Shown piece after piece: positions 54,343 to 64,000 of a DNA stretch of 64,000 bases (its first letter is position 1; each line of letters starts with the position of its first letter). A program made the translations under genes and the position numbers. The DNA lies in the NCBI RefSeq assembly GCF_000150275.1, contig NW_002060943.1, positions 4,608,008-4,672,007 of the forward strand, in the 5' to 3' direction. This stretch comes from Trichoplax adhaerens. Its lineage: Eukaryota; Animalia; Placozoa. The notes under the pieces were generated by a model. That model made no database searches. It worked only from the letters and a program-made list of their open reading frames with translations, and was not told the DNA's origin.

Positions 54343-54757
54343 TATATAGCAGGGACTAGTCCTTGTAAATCTTTATATGTAGTCGCTATAATAGGATAAT
54401 CTCTTCATTATACTCATATTAATAAGTAATATGTGCTAACTGCATATCATACTGTACTTGACGTACTGGATGGTAGTATAGCATTTGGTATATGGTAATC
54501 ATACAATGAAGAGTCGTGATATTAGTAATCTATGCAGTTATGCATCTACCGCTTAACTATTTAAAGAGAGCATACTGTAGAACAAAGCTTATAGGGGCGT
54601 ACAGTACAATGTAGAGGGGATGGAACCCTAGTAGTACTACAAAACAACAGCCAGTAAACTGGCCATAAGGAGCTACAGGTAATCTCATAAATTAGGAATA
54701 ATTATTCATAACGGTAAAAAAGTCAAAAGTCAACAGCAAAGCGAGGTATATACTTAG

Positions 54758-54947
54758 ACTGAATTAGTATAACAAAGCAGTCGCGTTACATACGCAAATT
54801 TAGTTAGTATAAGGATGCAGTCGCGTTGAATACGTAAATCCAGTTAGTATAAGAAAGTAGTCGGGTTGTATACGTGAATTTATTTAGTATAGGAAAGTAG
54901 TCGAGTTGCATATGCAAACTGAACTAGTATAAGGAAGTTGTCACGTA
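54758..54947. repeat. 40-bp minisatellite, about 4.7 diverged copies
   Basis: TAGTATAA..AAG.AGTCG.GTT..ATACG.AAAT recurs at exact 40-bp spacing. Confidence 0.9.
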
Positions 54948-56139
54948 GAGCACCGTCCTTATAATACGATCACATCGGTAAATATACTTTAAAGTCTTTC
55001 TCAATATACACTTAATATCAGAATTTGACTAGTGTAAACAGAAGAAGTTTGCTTTAATTCTTTCATGACTAAATTAACATACACAGTTTTGCACTAGATT
55101 CGAGAAGAGCCTGCATTAATCTTCATTTGAAGTGCCAATTTTTCTGATATCACTGCCGCTGAACGATTCATAGACTCAGGCAAGTCATTACAGAGTTTAT
55201 ACCTATAATCAACAAATAGCATGAGAAATCAGCCCGTTCTGAATAGCTAGTTTTGACATACTGTATTTTTCGTTGGCATTTAGTAGTTATCTTACTTATA
55301 GTCTTGGCCATTTTAATAGACAAAACCTAATATTTTTAATCTGCTACAATCAATTTTATTAAGGGTCTCTCACTATACTGTACAGCAAGCGTACTTTACT
55401 TCAGTTATTCACCCACACTTTTTATTGCATGGGACAATTATTTTTATTTTTGGGGAAGAAATAATTAGATAAATGATCGTAGCCAATAACTTTCAACTCC
55501 ACCATTTCCTACTACAATTCTTAGACTGATTATAATCATATTCACTTACTATTATTTTTCAAAGTTAAAACGGCTGTCTTTATTTACATCACTAAGTCTT
55601 TGAAATCGAATCATTATTTCCTCGCCATTTGTCCACTTTGTATAGCTACAGTACTAATTAATAGTTATTTATGTAATTACTTATCGTTAGCTATCGATTG
55701 TTATAATTAATAAATTATTTCGGTTGCCCGTCATTAATCTTATTTTACTAAAAATCACCAGTAGTCATCGATTAACCCTGCCGGACATTTAGATCGTCAA
55801 TCCGTAATAGGATTGATTAGATTTTGTAGTAATATAGAAATTGATCAGCAAATAGCCACAATGAAGGTAATAAGACAGCATTACGTATCTTAACTTTTGT
55901 ATCCCAGCACTGTATATTCGATTACTATGGTTTCGTGTTATCAAGGTTTAGTAAAAGCAAATGCAATTTATTTAAATTTGCTCCACTCTACATAATGTTC
56001 AAGGAAAGTAAAGATTCTTGTGGTACCTAGAAAGATATTAAATGGTGAAACTACCGACTTAAGAAAACCGTTATTTTAGCTTAATTCTCCCTTGAGTTGC
56101 TTTAAATTAGTGGTACCTGGTACCGTGATACCGTTAAAA

Positions 56140-59100
56140 ATGCGAAAGAAATTTCGATTTACTGTAGAATCGCTGTGTTTGATTTACGTTTTACTGCTAC
56201 TGAATCAAATCAGCACCTATGGGGCCTACCATAGTAAAGAGAAAAGATCAACGTTATGGAATCCAGCGTCCGCCAAAATATATAACTTTTCAGGTAAATA
56301 TAATCTACTACCACCTATGTAACCGTTTGATTTCCAATGAGCTGAAAAATACAGTACCAGGGCATAATGTATCAAGTCTTCCAGGGTAAAACAGGATCTT
56401 TTTTAATTTTTGATTACCATTTTCAATTTATTTTTTGAATTTGTGTGTTTACGTGTCATAGTTTTAATAATGATATTTTTACTAGAAACTAGTTAAAGCG
56501 TAAAACCCAACAAAGTCAATATTATACATTAGCTCCTGCTCCAACTAAAGATAGAATACTCTCCTAGGATCCAATAGCAATTATTGCGTAAAAATTTGTT
56601 CAACTTAAGTCCATAAATGCGGACTATATAAACTCGTGTATTATTTAGCCAGAAATTAATCGATTTAAACGAATCACTGTACATTTTATTACATCTTAAT
56701 TCGTTTATAATGTAAGACTAAGAAAATAAGATCTCTGAATGGATCGATTCCATCGGTTACTTTATTCACAGTACTATACCGGGTATTAAAATAAAAACGA
56801 TATTGTAATTGTTTGGAAATAGGCCACTGTAAAAATAAGTTTTAAGTTCCTACAGAGGCAAACTAGTAGCTTTATTTTACATCAAGTGGCGTGGCAGCGT
56901 AAAGATATTTGAAGTAATATGGTATAAATGCGTGAAAAAAATAATTAACTTATTGCCCTTTTCTTAATTAAAAATTAATATTGTATATAGAAATCGGTAT
57001 AGACTGTTGTATATTCTAGAACTGACTACAATATACCATTAAAATAAAGATAATAGCCCTTTCTATTTGTTTACTTACCATACGTCTTGCAGTCGACAGT
57101 GCTACTTACAATTCGCGTATATAAACTGAGTTATGCATAGGTGTTTTGCGCTTAAAAAATACACAAATAAAATTAACTCTACCTGATCTCATGCTATGAC
57201 TTCTGTAATATTGATACGAATATTTAATTATGTCACATTAGTAGTAGATGATTTAGAATTTTGATGTTTAGAACTTGAAATATGTAAGATCGATTATATT
57301 TGTAATATTTAATTCAAATATTATGACAGCAAAATTTCTGTAAGGTAGTATAGCAGTTGTGCTATACTTAATTATGAAAAATGCTACAGCGAGCGGTAAC
57401 TTTTATGTCTCATTTACTAGCGTATCCAACTATGTAAAGTCTGATGTTCGACGGATACTTATACTTGATTATTGCATTTTCTCTCATTCAGAGTATAATT
57501 ATCGTTAAAATCAATACCCTTCTTTGCTTTTAGCAATTCCTTTAGCGTCCATTAAATGTAATTTACAAAATGACTTATGCGGATGGAAAGAAGTAACTGG
57601 AATAAGTAACTTTGGTTGGAAAAGACAGAATGGATTAGAAGCAGATGCATCAGGCCATGGCCTCAGTAATGATTTCACTTACGGCAATAGTAAGTTGCTG
57701 ATTCAAACTTACCAATCTAATATTTAAGTAATCACCAAAATATTCACTTACATTGCCCACTGAATATATTTCTAATAAAACACTTCTCAGAAAAATGGAC
57801 GATAGAGACCATTTAATGCTGATTTTTAATCCTTCGATTTATCTATTGTTTTTTTCTACAGAATCTGGTTATTACTTAATAGCTAATTTTCGAAATTTCT
57901 TAAAGCCTAATTATTTCGCTGATTTAATCAGTCCACCAATGCTTCTTCCAAAGCAGCTACAACATGTTAAAGTTAGTAATATATCAATTGAACATAAAAC
58001 TAGTACAAAAAATTGAAAACATTATTCTTAACAATTAACATACAATCATAGACCATATATCATATCGTGCAAGTATGGCTTCTATTATTTGGTTACAGTA
58101 TTAAAATAGAAATTTAAAATAATACCGGAAATACAGCATATTAATGGGTTAAGGAAAAGTTTACTAATTACTAAAGTGTGCTTTCTATTTTGTCGGTCTT
58201 TCTCGCTCAATATCTTTACAGCAATATCTTTACAACGGTGTAGTACGCATGAATTCATCACAATTCAAAACACTACTATTGACTAGAAATCATTTTTATT
58301 AAATAAATTATATTAGCTACATCTAATTAAATAATATTATATAATACTTTTTTGTTATCGTGTCTATTGACTAATTTACGTTGAACTTCTATCTTACGTT
58401 TATATTTAAATGCTACCATTTTTAGATACGATTAGTGTGCGTTATACAGACGCAATCTTAAGTTTGATAGTTTGATCGCGAATTAATTTTGTTTTCAAAC
58501 TCAACATTTTTCATGTTTATGTAGGTAAAGTTTGCCTATAACACTGACATCAGTACTCTGCAAATTTATGCTATCTATCCAAGATATAATCTTACTCAGC
58601 ATCGTTTACGTGAAAGCATATTTAAAAATCATAGCCATCAATGGTATCAGGAAGATTTCACCTTTCTTCCCTTATATCCGTACTACCAAGTAGGATTGTT
58701 TCGATTACTTTTTAAGTTAACAGATCACAACATCATAAACTAATCTACCAACTAAATGCAATAGATAATCATTCGAAGCATCACCAACGCTAAGAACATT
58801 CTTATAGCATTAGATGATCTCGAAATATATCCAATCGGTAAAATATTGGTGACCTGAATCTTCGTATATTTCATACATAAATTACTTATCATCATTAATT
58901 TTTCCTTGTAATAAGTTTAGGCATATGATAAAATAGTTCATATTAAATATATTTTGCTAAGATGTGTTCTGCTCTACTGGTTTACATTGATGTTTTATCT
59001 TGTGATTTTAAAATATTTACTTTTTGCTACAGAAACTAATTGTTATACGGAAAAAGGGCAAAGTTATCGAGGCAACGTTTCTATAACTCGTAGTGGGATT

Positions 59101-60703
59101 CTATGTCAACAATGGTCCTCAAATACACCACATAATCATTCTTTCAAACCTTCAACTTATTATAATGATGGCCTTGTGAGCAACTATTGCCGAAATCCTT
59201 CTGGCCTTCGTAACTCACCGTGGTGTTATACAAGCAATTCTAGTATTTCATGGCAATACTGCAATGTTACCAAATGTCAAAATTCATCCGACACCTTAAC
59301 ATATGTTGATCCTTACAAAAGTACCGTTTGGATTAATTGTTACTTTACATTTTAAATATTAGACTAGTAACGTTAATATATTTGAAGTACCGGTACGAAT
59401 GATATAAAAATGTCTTAATATGAAAATTTTTACTTATTTCATCTCAGACACTATACCCATAAAATTAGTTGGTGAATCTAGTACCTCTGGTCGTGTTGTT
59501 GTTTATCATGAAGGCGAATGGGGTACAGTTTGCAATGATTTAATGAATGATAGAGTAGCAACAGTAATCTGTCGCCAATTAGGTTTACCTCAACCCGGAA
59601 AGATGTTATGTAAGAAATTAATTAAAGATACTGATAGAAAATGTGAATTAAAGTAATGTGGAAATTATCATTTCATTTCTTACGATGTCTATAAAATCTA
59701 TTACTATTTTGGAAATTTATTTTCATAGCAACAATAAATGAAGGTACTGGAACGATATGGATTCGCCTTCTTATTTGTATTGGTAATGAGAAACGCTTGG
59801 AAAATTGTCTTATATCATCATGGAATAGCACTTTTTGTAATCATTCTGAAGATGCTGTGATATCCTGTTCAGGAAAGACATTAACAACTACCTCTGGTAA
59901 ATTTACACCATTTATACATAATGATTTCTAATACCCTAATCCTTATGTGCTAATATGTCCGGCTTTCACTGTTTTACTACAGCAGTGGGATACACAGCGA
60001 CAGTTGCTACCACCAAACCATCAGAATCGAGAACGGCGGTTCCCTTCGTTTTGATTAGTGCTAGTTTCTTTGTATTAGTGATTTTAACCTTAATCTATAT
60101 TCGTAATGCGAGGAGATCAATTAGTAGACGGAATCAATCAACTAGGCAGTCAGGTTTGTAGACAAGTTGTTTTTGCTTCTTCTTATACTATTGTGCGGAA
60201 TAACAATTTACATGTAGACTAATATTTAAATAGCAACTAATATAGCTTATTGTCGCATAACCTAAGAGTGAATTTGATTTCATGATATAGTTGCATAGAT
60301 TGCGACATTAGCAAACTTTTAAAATATCATATAACTGTAAAATAAATATAGAAAGACTACTGTATCATAAAGAATCTCTATTTTGAGCTTGCATTGCTGA
60401 AAAGGAATTTATTGTAAATATTGAATGATTTGATAGCAACACAGCGGCCTCGTATGGTAGCCCCTCCTTCGTATAATACTGCTCTCAATGAAATAACTCG
60501 TGATCCAAATGCCCTAAAGGAACTTCATCACAGTCCTACCGGAGGTAAGATAACTACTAACAGTTATGAAATTGAGTAACATTGAACAATTTTTGTTAGT
60601 TGGTAATGATAATTGTATAAAGATGCTATATCGTTTTACATATTTACTTTCAGAATCCTTACCTGACTATGTTAGAGCTACAAGCAATGCCAGGCATTTC
60701 TGA
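56140..60703 (+). CDS. Paralogous type I membrane protein: signal peptide - MAM - Kringle - SRCR - Ser/Thr stalk - TM - PY-motif tail (about 534 aa, 11 exons)
   Basis: Exons 56140-56293, 57534-57689, 57862-57971, 58525-58689, 58765-58837, 59033-59320, 59448-59609, 59729-59896, 59983-60153, 60437-60544, 60654-60703, with the same intron positions and phases as the upstream paralog. MAM CNLQNDLCGW; Kringle GQSYRG..CQQWS..NYCRNPSG..PWCY; SRCR GRVVVYHEGEWGTVCND; TM VPFVLISASFFVLVILTLIYI. Confidence 0.85.
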
Positions 60704-61706
60704 TAAATACATAAATTAGCTGACTTAAGTTTATGTAATTTTTACATTATAATTCTTCCTTATTTATTACATATCATCTAACGCCTCACTAATTCTATCT
60801 ACGTATGATTGTAGAGGAGAAGCATTATCTCCAATAATTTAAAATTTGATATGATGATAAGAGCAGTAATGTATAATATGCCAATATAATTTAATTATTT
60901 AAGCATATACTTGAGTATGTGCTTAACGCAATGGTATTTATTAATATTTATATATTTCTTCCATTATTATTCGAACTATTAGCGTAAATATTTTAAACTA
61001 AATGCATAATAGTTAGTTGGGGTACACCGTTAAGAATATTAAAATATCATAATAAAACGTGGCTTATGCTATTGACTCTCCATACAATTCTAATCATGAT
61101 GAAAATGAAACAGTCTTAAGTAACTGTAAATACTGGTTCATTTATTTTATATTTTCAATCCTACGAATAAATATAGATTGGTCATTAAATTCGTTGTAAA
61201 AGTGGTTTGCTCACTCTACTCTATAACAATAAATGGCTTTAAATCGTTGTAAATTAGTCTGAGCGTAAATTCACTGTTGTATTTTGTACAACAAAGGCTA
61301 AAATTTATCCTTTAATCTACAAATTGCAGCTAACTATTGAAAAGACTACATACCGGTACTTGTGGTTATCTGCAATGGCAATTTGAAGAAAGATAAAAAT
61401 CTTTTGTTACCTGTACAAGATAATTCCAAATTGTATTCAAAGGATAGGCAAGCCTGTGAAATTATATATGTTTTTATTCGTTTTATCAGGATGGATATCA
61501 TAATACCTCAATTTTATAACTGGTAGAAAAATGCTGTATATCAAATTATGGATTAATGTAATCACTTGAAATAATGCAGCCTTGTTGCAAACCGAGGGTT
61601 GCAACAAGAAGCGACAGAAAAATAGCCCACCTCACCTAGGGGATAAAAAATACTTTATTTCGCTACCAACTCACTTTAACGAGACATAAATACATTTTTA
61701 TAGAAA

Positions 61707-61729
61707 TATATATATATATATATATATAT
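61707..61729. repeat. (AT)n microsatellite
   Basis: Uninterrupted AT run between the second receptor gene and TMEM160. Confidence 0.9.
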
Positions 61730-62406
61730 TTTAGAAATCCACGGACTAATTTGCTTGGCTCCTTCCATCTATCCATCTTTAGAGCAATCGACTTGGAAGC
61801 CTATCTACCATAGTAGTCTGTATGCAACCTCGATTGGTTTGGTGTGCAGATGTGCAATACCGTGCGTAGTGTGAGCCGTAAGGTAGTACAGTACTGTACC
61901 CTACAAAGTAATACTGGAGCTTATGGCTGTAGCAGCCCTTAGGGAATAAAGTAACGTCCCTAGGGACTGGTACAATAAGGTACTGCACTACACTAGACCG
62001 GATCGTTCATACTGTACCTTCAAAAATGCAACTGACTAGTTGTGTTTATTTTATATAAATAAATAACTGCTAGCTCAAATAGCAAAGCCACATTAGTTTA
62101 CCGTTAACGCTAGTCAAAAAGAGGTGCAAAATTGTTTAAAATCGTATACATGAACGTCGTGGTGTTACCAACTACGATCTGCCATCGTTTTATAGCCGAC
62201 AACTAGCCTTAACTTGTTGATCAATCGAGGTAGAGGGAATTGAAGCTAATATAGAAATACGCTTTGATTTCGTCATTGTACTGGTTGCCAAGACAGCAGC
62301 ACCACTACTAACATCTTTCCTGTAGTCTTATATACCTATTTCAAGTTGGTTCCTGCTCATTCAAAAGGGTTGAAACGATTGTAGCTTTCTGATTTGGGCT
62401 ATCATT

Positions 62407-63513
62407 ATGCCGCCGATTATATCCATGCTATATGTAGCTCGAAGACTGCGACCAACTTCGAGCTTACGATATCTACGTGAGTTCAATACTTCAATAGTGT
62501 GTCAGAAAGGAATACGAGCTAATGAAGCAGTATTGCCACTTTCATCGGCCCTCTATCCGCAGCGATTTTCATCAATAGTATTATGGAGGAGTTGCTCTTC
62601 GTTCCATAGCAATAATGACACCAAGCCGGCGCCTACGATGAATTCTACTTCTTCATCACCAGATAATAAACAATCAATCAATAAAGAATCATTAGATGTT
62701 ACTAAGCTGGCAGCATTGGTAAGCCAATGACTAGCGATAACATGTTTTGGATTAATTTGCTCTTGTTATACCGTTGTTTTATAGTATTTAGTCCCTATCA
62801 ACCCTTAACTAAATGTATAATATTGCTTGATTTTTTAATTTTAATTAAACATGGCTCGGTTAGTCACTACAAAAGGCAAATGAAAACGGTGAGTTCATTG
62901 CTTGCTTAATTATGACTGTTATGAGTATTATTCAATTTTATTGATCTAGAAAAATAAATGATGTTGCTAATCTTCCCTCATCAGATATTATGCTAGATTA
63001 TTAAATGCTTATGCTACGATAGGATACCTTTCTTGGGGTAGAAACGGTTTATTATTTACCGCAATATCACTTTCACTATATAACTCTGATATCGCCAATC
63101 ATGTTCATGCGGTAGCAGCTTCTCTTGGTAAGATCAATAAATAATTCGTTTGTAAAGTAGGCTAAATTGGCACTGCATCACGATGACATGAATAAATAGC
63201 AATTAAACCTTTCTTTATCAAACAGGAAATCAGTTTCCCTAGTTCTTAAAGTGATATATGTCTAATTCATAGGGTAATGATTCAATTTTAGCATTATTTC
63301 TACATCTTTATAGTTTTTGCATCTACGGGCGTGTTATGTATCAGCTCTGGCACAATCCACTATATTTGGGATGGACTCAAGCTACGTCGTCAAATGTTAA
63401 TTTCTCGTTTTCGCCTGATATGGATGATATCACATGCAAGTTGTATTCTTTTATTTTGGATCTTAGGATTATTATTCTATTTTGAAGACTTGCTCTTTGA
63501 GTCTGCCAAATAA
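62407..63513 (+). CDS. TMEM160: Transmembrane protein 160 (mitochondrial), 4 exons, about 213 aa
   Basis: Exons 62407-62718, 62864-62888, 63023-63127, 63314-63513 join to give LQKANENGYLSWGRNGLLFTAI...GVLCISSGTIHY. This matches the recalled TMEM160 signature LRKAHETAFLSWFRNGLL...GGLCVVWGSASY. The N-terminus is Arg/Ser-rich and acid-poor, like a mitochondrial presequence. Confidence 0.85.
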
Positions 63514-63862
63514 AATCCGATCTAAGTTTTCTGAACATCAAAATGGGAGGATAAATTTTTTATACTTTCATTATGTGCAATTGGCTATGTTATCAGTGAC
63601 TGTAATGCTTGGCTGCATTAGGATTATTTCCATTCTACTTGATTGTTAGTAATATCTTACGAAATATTGATTTTACTGCTATATTGAGTGGTACATTTTA
63701 TACTGTTATGGTATTGGAAGATTGTTATATTAGCTTTTAAAGATTGCAAGCTTCGAGTATTGTTTCATAGTGTCGTATTGATGGTTGATTCATTTGTCTA
63801 GACATCGGTAAATGTTTACAATGTTTTTGCTAATTACGGAATAGACAAAAACTGTATAACTA

Positions 63863-64000
63863 TCACCCATTTATAGATATGCGACGTTGGCGGCCTTCCA
63901 AAACTAGAGAAACGTAGGGAGTGTCTTAATGCAAACACTGTATATTGCCAAAATCTTACCCATTGACATTTCGCTATTGAACACTCTACCAGCGTCTCCG
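63863..64000 (-). CDS. Probable last two coding exons of a minus-strand gene entering from the right edge
   Basis: ...GDAGRVFNSEMSM, then a GTAAGA donor and 56-nt intron (63959-63904) ending TCTAG, then VLEGRQRRISING*. Phase-consistent, but no homology recognised. Confidence 0.35.

Noticed and set aside
54758-54947. CRISPR-like regular repeats (also 25967-26092 and 23480-24430)
   Set aside because: Units are contiguous diverged copies with no unique spacers, no cas genes are present, and the context is eukaryotic.

Overview
AT-rich, intron-dense animal genomic DNA. Short GT-AG introns and tight gene spacing suggest a compact early-branching metazoan such as a placozoan; this is an inference, not an identification. 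Gene models were assembled by hand from splice sites and reading-frame phase. In order: (1) about 16 kb with no recognisable coding exons; (2) a 28-exon TRPA1-like ankyrin-repeat ion channel (+, 16211-29207); (3) TTI1 (-, 36899-29418), tail-to-tail with the channel; (4) DUS3L (+, 37227-41477), head-to-head with TTI1 across a 327-bp gap filled with CAGTA/TACTG repeats; (5) a densely base-paired non-coding region of about 550 bp (43553-44106) beside a second CAGTA array; (6) two tandem paralogous type I membrane proteins, MAM-Kringle-SRCR-SRCR-MAM-TM and MAM-Kringle-SRCR-TM, whose short tails each carry two PY motifs; (7) TMEM160; (8) a probable gene 3' end at the right edge. The best novelty candidates are the structured ncRNA candidate (three hairpin loops sharing a TTTAACC motif, loop-loop complementarity and a pseudoknot), the MAM/Kringle/SRCR PY-tail receptor pair, and a CAGTA-repeat plus GTACCCTA signature recurring upstream of gene starts.
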